Shown here: one piece after another, positions 1 through 10,783 of the stretch | Position numbering within the stretch: the stretch's first letter is position 1 | How the letters are laid out: every line of letters begins with the position of its first letter | Source of the DNA: a virus | Length of the DNA stretch: 64,000 nt | IMG/VR virus record: IMGVR_UViG_3300028840_004217 | Coordinates: 1-64,000 of that record | Direction: 5' to 3' (one strand) | The notes under the pieces: model-generated | Databases searched by the model: none | What the model was told of the DNA's origin: nothing | Seen by the model: only the letters and a program-made list of their open reading frames with translations | Made by a program: the position numbers and the translations under genes

Positions 1-684
1 TGGAATCCGTGGAGGGGATGCCGCAAAGTCAGTACCGGGTGCGCGCAGTGTTACATGTTCCGCGACCAGAAGCGGTACGGAAAGGACCCGACCATGATCG
101 TCCGGAGCAAGGATGGTACGTTCTACCAGCCCCACAAGTACAAGGACCCCGCCCGCGTGTTCACCTGCTCCTGGTCCGACTTCTTCATACCGGAAGCGGA
201 CGGATGGCGACAGGAGGCGTGGAAAATCATATTCAATACGCCCCACCTGACCTACCAGATTCTCACGAAGCGGCCCCACCTGATCACATCCCGGTTGCCC
301 GCGTCGTGGTTCGATGAACCCTACCCCAATGTGTGGCTCGGCGTGAGCGTGGAGGACCAGCACAGCTTCGACAGCCGGTGGCCCGTTCTCGCCGGCATAC
401 CCGCCGCCGTCCGGTTCCTGTCGGCCGAACCCCTGCTGGCTCCGTTCAGCCTGAACAGCGACAACCACAGGCTGTACCACGAGGACCTTCCGATGCCCGA
501 TTGGGTGATCGTGGGCGGTGAGTCGGGCAGCAAGCACCGGGCCATGAAACCGGAGTGGGCGTTGAACCTGCGACGTGAGTGCGGGGCGTTCGACATACCG
601 TATTTCTTCAAACAGCATGCCGCCGTCAAGCCGGGCGAGGACGACGTGCTGTACGGCAAGCAGTACCACGAATTTCCGGAATAA
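1..684 (+). CDS. DUF5131 / phage Gp37Gp68 family protein (5' truncated by the window edge)
   Basis: Frame is open from base 1: WNPWRGCRKVSTGCAQCYM...FTCSWSDFF...QILTKRP...NVWLGVSVE...RFLSAEPLL...DWVIVGGESG, the typical family motifs. Confidence 0.9.
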   Translation, partial: WNPWRGCRKVSTGCAQCYMFRDQKRYGKDPTMIVRSKDGTFYQPHKYKDPARVFTCSWSDFFIPEADGWRQEAWKIIFNTPHLTYQILTKRPHLITSRLPASWFDEPYPNVWLGVSVEDQHSFDSRWPVLAGIPAAVRFLSAEPLLAPFSLNSDNHRLYHEDLPMPDWVIVGGESGSKHRAMKPEWALNLRRECGAFDIPYFFKQHAAVKPGEDDVLYGKQYHEFPE

Positions 685-689
685 TAATC

Positions 690-718
690 TTGACACGGAA
701 CCTCACAGGTTGTATTCT
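690..718 (+). promoter_or_regulatory. sigma70-type promoter
   Basis: TTGACA(690-695)-17 bp-TATTCT(713-718) in the intergenic gap before the ORF at 772. Confidence 0.55.
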
Positions 719-771
719 TGGTGAACAGTCTGCCCCACACACTCACCACGATGCAACCTGGAGGTGTCTCA

Positions 772-1209
772 ATGAAGCGGTTCGCGTGCATGCTCGTCCT
801 GCTCGTATTCATGTTGTTCGTCATGTGGCTTTCAGCGCGGCCCGCACCGGCGCAGGAGTGGAATGCCCAGGCGTGGACCATCACCGAAGGCGACAGCATC
901 TATGTCATCGTGCGGGTGAAGGAAAAGGAACCGGTGGACCGGGTGGTGACGCTCAAGCTGCCCGTCCTGACCGCGTTCGAGTTGCACCAGCGGCTGGACT
1001 ACATATTCGACCCGGCAGATGCGGACAGTACCGCGCCACCCACCCTGCCGACGCCGGGCGGCAACTTCGACATCACGGCCCACATGCAGCCCGAACTGAA
1101 CAGAACCTACACGCTCGGCCTGAAAGGATTCAGCACGTCATTCCTGTCCTTCTCATTCAGCGATGACTATATCATACGGTTCACGATCATGCCACCGGAC
1201 TCTCTGTGA
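772..1209 (+). CDS. exported hypothetical protein
   Basis: GGAGG RBS, then MKRFACMLVLLVFMLFVMWLSARPAPA, a signal-peptide-like N terminus. Confidence 0.6.
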   Translation: MKRFACMLVLLVFMLFVMWLSARPAPAQEWNAQAWTITEGDSIYVIVRVKEKEPVDRVVTLKLPVLTAFELHQRLDYIFDPADADSTAPPTLPTPGGNFDITAHMQPELNRTYTLGLKGFSTSFLSFSFSDDYIIRFTIMPPDSL

Positions 1210-1790
1210 ATGAAACGGAACGCCTGGCCCACATAGCGCGCATCGCCGATTTCGTGCGGAAGCATACCCGCACGATGAACGACCCGTGGCAGATGGTCTT
1301 TTTCCTGGCCAGCGGCGCATGTGACAGGATGGGTATAGATGACCAACAGCTTGACGACTATCTGGCACGCCTGATCAAGAACAAAGACAAGGACGTGCGT
1401 GAGAAAATCGCCAGGATCAACCGGGAGCTGACAGATGAGTATGGTGGAGGTAAAAAGAGAACGCCGCCGCAACGCTCTCAACGCAGTGCACGTGAGCGGC
1501 TTCATAACGTGCCTGTGTCCGGGAAAAAAGACGATCATCATGCTCACCCACGTGGGCGCAGACCCCGGCGTGGACCTGACGTGCAATGAGTGCGGCATGA
1601 CCTTTTCCTGGGGCTCCCTGCCGTGGATGCCGCCGAACGGAGGACGCATCGATGCGTGAGCGACGATATTACTGCAAATATTGCGGAGCCCGTCTGCGGC
1701 GCGACGCCGTGGGCCTGTACTGCCCCACGAGAAACTGTGACTGGCAGCACGGTTTGCCCGAGGACGAGGACGTACCGACAGGAGGCTGCT

Positions 1791-2414
1791 ATGCCCAAAC
1801 TGAGTGACGCATTTTTCGAGGACGACCACATGGGCACCCACACCAATGCCAAACCGGACGACACACCGCCGCCGTCGCTGGCCGACGTGATGAAAGCCGT
1901 CGCGGAGTTTGAGAGCGACGTGGAAACACCCGTGGCCTACCACCTGAACCCGTCCACCGTAAAGCAACTGCTGGAGAACGTCGAGCCGAAGCAAGTGAAT
2001 CCGCAAGCCCGCTTTCCCAACATAGAGATGTTCGGCGTGGCCGTGTATGAGAACAAGCACCTGCCGCCGCACCTGTACATAGAGGTGCTGTCCTGGTTTC
2101 CGCGCCGGATGCGGCTGCGCTCGTTTCTGGACAAGGGCATGGTGATCGACATGCCCGACCTGTGGGACAGCCTCAACAAGCCCATCGAAATGAAGGAGCC
2201 GATCATGAACAGATACGAGTTCAAGGTGCAGCGTCCCGACGGCTCGATCTACATTCAGCTCGTCGAGGCGCGGGATGCGGCCAAAGCTGAAACTGACCTG
2301 CGGGCCGCGCTCGACATGGTGGCCAAGGAGAACGTCATCCTGGGTCAGCTCGACAGGTCGCGTGAGAAGGAGGTGAAAGCCGCCAAGGACCCGCGTGAAG
2401 GAGGTACCCGATGA
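1791..2414 (+). CDS. hypothetical protein
   Basis: AGGAGG RBS before the ATG of MPKLSDAFF; overlaps the next ORF by ATGA. Confidence 0.55.
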   Translation: MPKLSDAFFEDDHMGTHTNAKPDDTPPPSLADVMKAVAEFESDVETPVAYHLNPSTVKQLLENVEPKQVNPQARFPNIEMFGVAVYENKHLPPHLYIEVLSWFPRRMRLRSFLDKGMVIDMPDLWDSLNKPIEMKEPIMNRYEFKVQRPDGSIYIQLVEARDAAKAETDLRAALDMVAKENVILGQLDRSREKEVKAAKDPREGGTR

Positions 2415-2616
2415 AGGAGTGGCTGACGGATATATGGGAGATGCCGCAGGCCGAGTTCAACCAGGCCATCCTCGACATGCTCTACAACTTCGCCATCGTC
2501 GCCGGCATCCTGGTCGTGGTCTGCGCGGTCATCATCGCCATCGTCGAATACCGGCGGTCCAGGATGCGCAAGGATTTCCTGAACAAGCGTGGCAAGTGGT
2601 ACGGAAAGGAGTGGAC

Positions 2617-3519
2617 ATGATCATAGCGTTCTGTACCGAGCGACTTGGAACGTGGCAGAACCCGCCGATATGGGGCGATGAACGCCTCATCATCGGCGTC
2701 AAGAAATACCTCGAACAGCTCCCCGGCGTCACCCGCGTCGATCTCTACGACAAGAACACGGCTCTGGCCGGTGACGTGGACGTGAGCGTTCACATTCAGC
2801 CGGGCCGCAGTCACAAGCAACGCGCCAGGAAAACCGTCCTCTGGTACCAGAGCGATCACCCCTACTCGATGATCGACCTTCAGGAGCAGTACGACGGCCT
2901 TCTCCTGGCGTCTAACCACCACGCCGGTCTTGCCGCTGTAGAGTTACCGGACGGGTACCCGTGGCAGAGAGAACCCGTCGTATATACCGATCCTGATGAT
3001 TTCAGTGTGCGGCCCCGCACGGCCAACTACCCCGTGGTCTACCTCGGCAACAACATCAAGGGCAAGGACACGATGAACAGGTACATCATGCCCGCGCTGC
3101 CCCACGGCCTCCAGCTGTTCGGTTGGGGGTGGGACCACACGCCCCTGGCCGGTGTAAGCCACGGCCCCCTCAAAGGCTTTATGTCGACCACGCAGCTCTA
3201 CATGAACAGTGCGATCGTCCTGGCGTGCCACCTCCCGAAACACCGTGAGTGGGACATGCCCGTGGTGCGGGCGACGGAGGCGATGATGTGCCGCGCCCTG
3301 GTGATCAGCGATGACGTGGGCCGCGACATTTGGGGCGACAGGATCCTATACACCGAGGGCCGCAGCCACCTGGATGAGTTGCTGACCTACTGGCTGGCCC
3401 ACCAGGATGAACGCCACGAGTACATCGCGGGCAACCGGGCCTACGCGCTCCAGCACCTGTCGTTCGAGAAGCAGGCACGGCGCATGGTCCCGTTTTTCGA
3501 GAGGGTGATGAACGCATGA
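2617..3519 (+). CDS. glycosyltransferase (GT-B, CgeB-like)
   Basis: AAGGAG RBS; VVYLGN...LFGWGW...LYMNSAIVLACH...RATEAMMCRALVISD...HLSFEKQARRM matches the CgeB-type C-terminal domain. Confidence 0.75.
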   Translation: MIIAFCTERLGTWQNPPIWGDERLIIGVKKYLEQLPGVTRVDLYDKNTALAGDVDVSVHIQPGRSHKQRARKTVLWYQSDHPYSMIDLQEQYDGLLLASNHHAGLAAVELPDGYPWQREPVVYTDPDDFSVRPRTANYPVVYLGNNIKGKDTMNRYIMPALPHGLQLFGWGWDHTPLAGVSHGPLKGFMSTTQLYMNSAIVLACHLPKHREWDMPVVRATEAMMCRALVISDDVGRDIWGDRILYTEGRSHLDELLTYWLAHQDERHEYIAGNRAYALQHLSFEKQARRMVPFFERVMNA

Positions 3520-4289
3520 ATTTCGCGGACAAAGCACGCGACACGCTCCTGCACGGACCGGACACGATGTTCCGGCAGATTATAGACCCGTCCGTTCCGC
3601 CCGGCACGATATACTTCATGCCGCCCCTGGAAACGATCCTGGCGGCGATGGCGGCGGAGCGACTGACGTTCGAGGCGTATGTCGAGAAGTACAAAGAGAA
3701 GTTTGCGGTGATCACCAACGTGGGAGAATCTGATGCTGCGGATGCTGATGCGGTGGCTGATGAAGGGACGCGTGGGACGCCCCAAACCGAAACGGCGGGC
3801 GAACCGGGCGACAGCCTTCACCCTGAAACGCCCCGCGACGACCCGGACTGGCCGTACAACGAAGCGGACAGTAGAAAGTGACAACCCGCTGATGCAGGCC
3901 ACGACCTATGTGACCAACGCGTTCTGCATGTGCGGTACGGAGATAGATGAACGGGAACACCACAGCTGCAACATCTGCGGCATGCGTTTCTGTTCGTCGG
4001 CCTGTTCACTCAAGCACTTTCGGACCTATCATAATGACTGACATGACCGTCAACGTGCACCACGCCATCAGCGCGGACGATCTGAAAAACGCGGTGGCCC
4101 TATTGGTCAGCGTGCAAAATCCGAATACCCTGACTGACCTGTCCCGGCTGCGGGACGAGCTGATCAGCCGCGGCATGGCCGACGACGCTTTCCTGATCAT
4201 CTGCGTCGAAGGCGTGACCATAGAGACCATCAGCGAGGAGATGATGAACCGCGCCGGGTGGCACCGGCACAACGAGGAGGAACACACAG

Positions 4290-4928
4290 ATGGCCAAGAG
4301 CATACCCCCAGTGATGCCTGAGCCCACGCTGGAACAGATGTACTACACCGACCTGGTGGAAGTGGGCACGTGGCCCACCGACATACAGATCGACTTTCGC
4401 CTGCGGACGCGGTTGCTGATCCGCATCGCCCTGTCCTACGAGGACGCGACCTACCTGGCGGCGCAGATACAGCACGGCCTCGATGACTATGCGGAGATCC
4501 GCGGTTATCCGGTGATGACCTGGGAGGAGATGGTGGAGCGCGGCATGGTGCGGCGCACGCAGCTTTTCGAGAACGACCAGCGGCCACCGGAAGCGGGTGA
4601 ACCCGCGTTGAAGGTGACGACCGTGGACGGGCCCGACATACCGCCACCGGTCTACGCCTCCACCGTGGGCGTCACCTTTCGCCCTGCCGACATGCAAATC
4701 AACTTCTACCGCCACCGCCAGATACTGGCCTCCGTGTTCATGGCCTATGAGGTCGGCGGGTCGCTGCTGTACGACCTGGACCTGGCCTTCGAGCGTTACG
4801 CCAAGGTGCGGGGCCACGTGATCGACACCTATGCGGACCTGTACAGCCGCTTCAAAGAGGTCATCGACGCGGAGCAAGCGGCTCGTGACGGTGGGGAGGA
4901 CAAGACCGATGAAACTGAACCGGCGTGA
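4290..4928 (+). CDS. hypothetical protein with two tandem DUF3467-like modules
   Basis: Internal repeat YTDLVEV...IQIDF...IALSY...DYAEIRG / YASTVGV...MQINF...VFMAY...RYAKVRG. Confidence 0.5.
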   Translation: MAKSIPPVMPEPTLEQMYYTDLVEVGTWPTDIQIDFRLRTRLLIRIALSYEDATYLAAQIQHGLDDYAEIRGYPVMTWEEMVERGMVRRTQLFENDQRPPEAGEPALKVTTVDGPDIPPPVYASTVGVTFRPADMQINFYRHRQILASVFMAYEVGGSLLYDLDLAFERYAKVRGHVIDTYADLYSRFKEVIDAEQAARDGGEDKTDETEPA

Positions 4929-5225
4929 TCGGTTCATCAACTGGGTCGCGGACCGCTCCGGTCTGCCCGAGGGCTATATATCGCCCCTCTGGTTCAGGCT
5001 GCTGGCGTGGTCGCTGCGGCCCCTGTTCTATGCCCGCCTGCGCTATCTGAACATACTCGATGTTCGGACGGGCGGGTATAAACTGGACGGCCTGATCCTG
5101 TCGCGCCGTTTTCTGTGCGCCCTGCGTGAACCGGGCAGATACTGGTTTCGCGTGGTGGAGGTATATGACGACGGCACGATCGTGTTCGACTACAGGACGG
5201 ACGTCCCGACAGACGGAGGTACGAC

Positions 5226-5585
5226 ATGAGGCGCATTATCAAGAACAGAGGGCAAGTGAAGAACACGCGGATCGTCCGCCAGGGAGACGTGCTGATCGAA
5301 AGGATAGACGAAATTCCCGAGGAGGCACAGTTGACCCGTGACGAATCGCGGATCATCATAGCCTACGGAGAGACGACAGGCCACTCACACGTGGTGGAGT
5401 CTCCCGGCGCGAAGCTGTTCGCCATAGACCGCGACACGGAGATCGAGGAGCACTATCTGGCCCTGGAGCAACAGGCCGACCTGGTGCACGACGAACACGA
5501 TACGGTCACGCTGCCGCCCGGCAAGTATCGTGTGCACCGTCAGTTCGAGCATGAACCGGCGGGCGCCAGGAGGGTCATAGATTGA
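5226..5585 (+). CDS. RQGDV-motif small His-rich protein (usual partner of DUF6745)
   Basis: RQGDVLI...GETTGHSH...LVHDEHDTVTLPPGKYRVHRQFE. Confidence 0.75.
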   Translation: MRRIIKNRGQVKNTRIVRQGDVLIERIDEIPEEAQLTRDESRIIIAYGETTGHSHVVESPGAKLFAIDRDTEIEEHYLALEQQADLVHDEHDTVTLPPGKYRVHRQFEHEPAGARRVID

Positions 5586-6823
5586 ATTCGATGCTCGCCG
5601 CTTGCGGTCACTGCCGCGACCTGCTTCAGAGCATACAGTGGAATGAGCTGGTGTCGCTGGACAGGGAGCGCGTCGAGTTTCAGGTGGCGCGCCACTTCGA
5701 GCTGTTGGGCGTGAAAGCACCCGACCTGGAGTGGTGCGCCGATCCGGATGAGGTATCCGACAAATATCATTCGGAGGGCGATACGTGGGTGGTGTGGCAG
5801 GACGTGAACGAATACCTGACCCGCCTCCACGACGCCGCCCAGGATCGGACGTCCCTGCGCCGCCTGGCACCGTGGGACGCGCTCACTACGATACAGCGGC
5901 ACTGCATCTTCGCCTCACAAGGTATGGCGGGCCTCCAGGCGGCTGGTGCAACGGGGATGGCATTCGTGCCCTCCGTCGGCGGCAGCGTTATGGCCTTCGG
6001 CGGGTGGGACCCGTTCACGCAACTCAGCCCCGGTGAAGGGTTCCGCAGACCGAACAAGCGGGAGCCGCAGACCTACTGGAACGTATACCGCCACAGCCGG
6101 TCCGTCGCCCTGGACAATCTCGACATGGGCGGCTTCATACGTCAGGATCAGTTTCAGGATGCTATAAATGCTGGCGTGGCTCTGACAGAGGCGATGTACC
6201 ACGGCCTCGGCATGACCTACGTGATCGGTTCCCGCGTGGTGATGACGCCCCGACCGATCATCTACACGGACGACAGGGGGCGGCTGCACCGCGAGAACGG
6301 ACCCGCCGTTCACTGGCACATTCACGACCCCGCCCGCATCAAACCCTTCTTTCAGCCCAACGAAGTGGTGGCCGCGCCACCGCCCCTCAAATACGCCAAA
6401 TGCCTGTGGTATTTCGACGGGGTGGAGCTGGAGCCGTCCTTCATCATCAAGCCGGACACGATCACCATACAACGCCTGGAGGGCGAACGCAACGCGGAGC
6501 GGCGGCGCGTCCTGATGAAGCTGTTCGGATACGATCGGTACCTCCAGGAGGGCGACGCCAAGAAGATACACAGCGACGACTTCGGCACCCTCTGGCGCAG
6601 GTCCGTGGAGGACGACGAGGACCTGGTGCTGGTGGAGGTGGTGAACAGCACGCCCGAACCGGACGGTACGTTCAAAAATTACTGGCTCCGCGTCGACCCC
6701 GATCTGTACGACGGCGACGCGGGCAGGATCGCTCAGGCGGCGGTGGCCTCGACCTGGCGCACGTCGGACGGCGATCTCACTTTCGAGGACTGGCGTGACT
6801 ATGCGCCGTTGACAGAGACATAG
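5582..6823 (+). CDS. DUF6745 domain protein
   Basis: DDRGRLHRENGPAV...ERNAERRRV...FGTLWR...LVEVVNSTPEPDGTFKNYWLRV...AQAAVASTW...ET C terminus. Confidence 0.8.
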   Translation: MNSMLAACGHCRDLLQSIQWNELVSLDRERVEFQVARHFELLGVKAPDLEWCADPDEVSDKYHSEGDTWVVWQDVNEYLTRLHDAAQDRTSLRRLAPWDALTTIQRHCIFASQGMAGLQAAGATGMAFVPSVGGSVMAFGGWDPFTQLSPGEGFRRPNKREPQTYWNVYRHSRSVALDNLDMGGFIRQDQFQDAINAGVALTEAMYHGLGMTYVIGSRVVMTPRPIIYTDDRGRLHRENGPAVHWHIHDPARIKPFFQPNEVVAAPPPLKYAKCLWYFDGVELEPSFIIKPDTITIQRLEGERNAERRRVLMKLFGYDRYLQEGDAKKIHSDDFGTLWRRSVEDDEDLVLVEVVNSTPEPDGTFKNYWLRVDPDLYDGDAGRIAQAAVASTWRTSDGDLTFEDWRDYAPLTET

Positions 6824-6831
6824 GAGGACAG

Positions 6832-8220
6832 ATGCGCATCGCCTTGCTCAATCCCCCCTGGTATGTGTACGACGATTCACGCGGTCATCTCCACGGTGTC
6901 CGCGCCGGTTGCCGGTGGCCGTCGCTCGGTCCCGGTGGCGGCCCCCACCTGAACATGATGCGGAACAACATATACATGCCCTACCCGTTCGTGATGGGCT
7001 ACACCGCGTCCCTCCTGGAGCAGTACGGCCACGACGTGATGTTCTACGACGCGATCTGCGAGTGCGACGACATGCAGACGTTCTATCTGAAGGTGATGAA
7101 CTTCAAGCCCGACGTCGCCATCGTGGAGACCAGCTCCGCGTCGATCACGCACGACCTGGGGATATGTGACATGCTCGCCGAGTACGGCATACGGGTCGCC
7201 CTGGTGGGACCCCACGCCACCGCATACGCGGCGGACATGATCAAGCACCCGTCCGTCACCTGGGTGCTGACGCAGGAGTATGACGATCAGGCTGTAGAAC
7301 TCGCGAACGGCCTCCTGGCGGAACAGACGGTCTGTTCGGGCCCTTTGCCCGATGATCTCGATGCCCGCCCGTTCCCGGTGCTGGAGCTGCCGCAGGCGCA
7401 TTTCTATCAGGACCACTACGGGTTCGACTGGTTTGAGCGTCCGCAGGTGCAAATCTGGACGACGCGGGGCTGTCCCTATTCATGTTCGTTCTGCCTGTGG
7501 CGGCACACGATGTACGACGACGACGGCAAAGGCTCCTACCGCCAGCGTTCTGCGGGCAACGTGCTGTCCGAAGTGGACCACCGCTATGAGGTGTTGAATT
7601 TTCGACACTTCCTATTCGACGACGACACGTTCAGCGTCGTGGGCCGTGAAGGAACCGGCAGCAGAGGTTACGACAGGGTGGTGGGTATAGCCGAGGGCAT
7701 GAAGGAACGTGGCTACGAGTGGTCCTACATGACCCGGCTCGACTGTCATTCACTCAACCTGTTCGAGTATATGCGGGACTGCGGGGCCGTGGCGTTGAAG
7801 GTGGGCGCGGAGACGTTCAGCGACAAGACGCTCCACGGCATCGAGAAGCGGATGACGGGTGAAGCACAGCTCGACCGCATCAAGGCCCTGGTCGAACTCG
7901 GCTACGGCGTGTACCTGGCGACCACCTCTTATATACCCGGCGAGACAGAGGACGACCGGAAGCGGAACACGGACATCCTCGAGGAGCTGGCACAGATCGG
8001 GGTGAAGTGGCAGCGGCCCCACATGACGCCGTTGCCGGGCACGCCCCTGTTCCGGCAGTTTCAGGCGGCGGGGTACTTCGCTGATCCGGACTGGTCGCTG
8101 TTCGACGGCGGAGCCGGGTTGCTGCACGACGTGATCGAGGACTACAACCGCAATGCGGGCGCCGGCGACTTCGACGCGGACAGCGCGGAGGCGGCGCATT
8201 GGGAAGGAGCGAATCGATGA
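6832..8220 (+). CDS. B12-binding-domain radical SAM protein
   Basis: N-terminal LLNPP...VALVGPHAT cobalamin-binding-type fold; TTRGCPYSCSFC motif; FDDDTF; TPLPGTPLF. Confidence 0.9.
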   Translation: MRIALLNPPWYVYDDSRGHLHGVRAGCRWPSLGPGGGPHLNMMRNNIYMPYPFVMGYTASLLEQYGHDVMFYDAICECDDMQTFYLKVMNFKPDVAIVETSSASITHDLGICDMLAEYGIRVALVGPHATAYAADMIKHPSVTWVLTQEYDDQAVELANGLLAEQTVCSGPLPDDLDARPFPVLELPQAHFYQDHYGFDWFERPQVQIWTTRGCPYSCSFCLWRHTMYDDDGKGSYRQRSAGNVLSEVDHRYEVLNFRHFLFDDDTFSVVGREGTGSRGYDRVVGIAEGMKERGYEWSYMTRLDCHSLNLFEYMRDCGAVALKVGAETFSDKTLHGIEKRMTGEAQLDRIKALVELGYGVYLATTSYIPGETEDDRKRNTDILEELAQIGVKWQRPHMTPLPGTPLFRQFQAAGYFADPDWSLFDGGAGLLHDVIEDYNRNAGAGDFDADSAEAAHWEGANR

Positions 8221-9372
8221 ACGACGCGCTGGTGGAATTTCGAGCGTGGCTGACGCAGAAGATACGGTATCACGAGGGCGGCGAGATGCAGAGTCTGAGT
8301 GAGTCCGTAGAAGGAGCATCCTGCACGCGTGAGGTGCTGGAGAAGTTCGACGAGCTGTTTCCAGACGTGAGGGCAGACGAATGATCGGTGATGCGTATGA
8401 AATATACAAGACCTATGACGGGTCGCCTTCACCTTCGCCCTGCAACGTATGGCCTGGCTATGAGCAGCACATGAAAAAACCGTCGTGGGGTGTCATCATC
8501 GCCACGGACGACGAGCAGGGCCGTCCGGTGACACACCAGGTGTACACGGCAACCGACTACCGCGACGCCTGCCTGTTCGAGGCCGAACTGCGGGTACGGA
8601 TCGCGATCAGAGAGAAGGAGCGACGAGATGGCCTGGTGGAATCGAAGTCGGGTGGAGCTGGCGCGGCTGCAAGCACAGGATAAAGTGCAGGAACGTGAGT
8701 TGCGCAGACGGAAGGTGGCGGCGCTGGAGGAGATCGCCACGTCGTTGAAGGTGATCAGCAATCGCCTCCAGATATTGGACACGGGCGTGTTCACCGAACT
8801 CGTAAAGGGTATCAAAGGTACGAACGATGCGGTGCGCAATACCGTGGCCGTGGGTGGCGACATCAAGCAGCAGGTCAGCGACACGCGCCAGTACCTCCAG
8901 GAGATAGGAGACGCCCTCAAATGAAGGACCAGCGTGACCTGCCCAGGCGGGAGAACATACCGGCTGACGACCCGTATCATACGCAGGAGGGTTTGTTGAA
9001 GGGCATCACCTCCACCGATTACGGTCCCCACAAGACGGGTGATCAGCCCAAGACGATAGAGGTGGAGGTGTATACCAAAGTGCCGGGCCACCGTGAGGTG
9101 CTGCACAGCCGGACCCACATCCCGGCTGACGCCCTGCCCTTCAGCACGACGGACATAGAGGCGATGGTGATGCGCGCCTTCGAGAACGCCATGACTGGCA
9201 TCTACGACGGTGTGATCAAAGAGAACGTGCGGCTGCATGAGAACATCCGCGAGATGATGGTCGTCCTGATCAACGACAAGCGGCTGCCGCCCGACGTGAC
9301 CATCGACATACACGGCAAGATGATGGACATCGCCTTGGGCGACTTCAAGGCCAAAAAGAAAGGACGGAGCGG

Positions 9373-10170
9373 ATGAAGGAGATCGCGGTACTCGCCATGC
9401 GGCGGAGCGGCCACCACGCCGTCATCAACTGGCTGTCCAAGCACGTGCCCGGCGCGGTACTCATGACGGAGGAGCGCGGCCAGGACTTGACGCGTCCGGT
9501 GTGGCGCGACGTGGAGCTGGACGCCGACAAGGCGACGGCCGACGTGCGTGTGGGCGACTTCGAGGAGATACCCGTCGAGCAGATGCGGCGCGAGTACCAC
9601 GAGCCTATACCCTTCGGAGAGGCGGTGGCCCTGGAGATCGTGGTGGTGCGCGACCCGTTCAACCTGTTCGCCTCCCGCGTCCGGATGCTCGGAGAACGAC
9701 GCGCCTTCATCGACGGTGCGGTGGACATCTGGAAGGACCATGCGCGGCGGCTCTTTGACGACGGGCCGGTGGTGGCCGTCAACTTCAACAAGTGGTTCGC
9801 CTACCCGCAGTACAGGCACATGCTCCTCCACGGGCCGCTGCAGGACCACGTTCAGGAGATCGACCCGGCTGTGGAGCGTGCGGCGCGACAGCAGGTGCTT
9901 GACTACGGGCGGGGCAGCAGTTTCGATGAACTGGAGTATGACGGGCGGGCCACGCAGATGCGTGTCCTGCACCGCTTTCAGGACGAGCCGAACTTCGACC
10001 CTGACGTGCACTTCGACCAGGAGACCTTCGACCTGTGCAGCGTCCACTGGTCCGAATGTCTGCTCCCGTTCGTGATGGGCAAGGCCACGCAGCGTATGAA
10101 CGCATTCGCGGATGCCCTCCGTCACATCGATGAAAAGACGATCCCGCCCTATGAGCCGGAATCATCATGA
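9373..10170 (+). CDS. sulfotransferase-like P-loop protein
   Basis: AMRRSGHHAVINWL (5'-PSB-like) and VVVRDPFNLFASR (3'-PB-like) motifs. Confidence 0.65.
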   Translation: MKEIAVLAMRRSGHHAVINWLSKHVPGAVLMTEERGQDLTRPVWRDVELDADKATADVRVGDFEEIPVEQMRREYHEPIPFGEAVALEIVVVRDPFNLFASRVRMLGERRAFIDGAVDIWKDHARRLFDDGPVVAVNFNKWFAYPQYRHMLLHGPLQDHVQEIDPAVERAARQQVLDYGRGSSFDELEYDGRATQMRVLHRFQDEPNFDPDVHFDQETFDLCSVHWSECLLPFVMGKATQRMNAFADALRHIDEKTIPPYEPESS

Positions 10171-10248
10171 ACGCCCCAAAGCTGTCGTCTAACGACATCG
10201 AGGGTTCCAGCTATATAAACACACGTCTGACGGTGTGAACGTCAGTCT

Positions 10249-10674
10249 ATGCCAGAGGAAAGAGAGGTTTTTATGAACAATCCGATCATCTGCGTCGATT
10301 TCGACGGCGTGATTCACTCGTATACGTCCGGTTGGGAAGGGGCCGACGTAATATCCGACCCGCCGGTGGAAGGTGCGATAGACTGGCTTATGGGCCTCCT
10401 CCCGCCCTTCGGGGATCCGCTGATAGAACAATACGACGGGCCGCTGGCCGTCATCTATTCATCGCGGTCCCGGCAGGAGGGTGGTATCGAGGCGATGAAA
10501 GCGTGGCTGGTCCGGTGGGGGTTGCCCAAAGAGTATATCGAGCAGGACGTGCTACAGTTCCCCACGCAGAAGCCCGCCGCGTTCCTGACCGTCGATGACC
10601 GGGCCATCTGCTTCAACGGCACGTTTCCGACCACGGAGGAGATGATGTCCTTCAAACCCTGGAACAAGCGATAG
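10249..10674 (+). CDS. HAD-superfamily phosphatase-like protein
   Basis: ICVDFDGVIHSY motif I, IYSSR motif II, KP...VDDRA motif III/IV. Confidence 0.8.
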   Translation: MPEEREVFMNNPIICVDFDGVIHSYTSGWEGADVISDPPVEGAIDWLMGLLPPFGDPLIEQYDGPLAVIYSSRSRQEGGIEAMKAWLVRWGLPKEYIEQDVLQFPTQKPAAFLTVDDRAICFNGTFPTTEEMMSFKPWNKR

Positions 10675-10783
10675 GAGGGTATCATGTTTTGGTGGGGTGT
10701 ATTGACCGGTGCTGTCGGTCTGATCGTGGTGGTCATCATTATATGCCTACTGCTCGGATGGGGGCTGGCAGGATCGGAGCATC

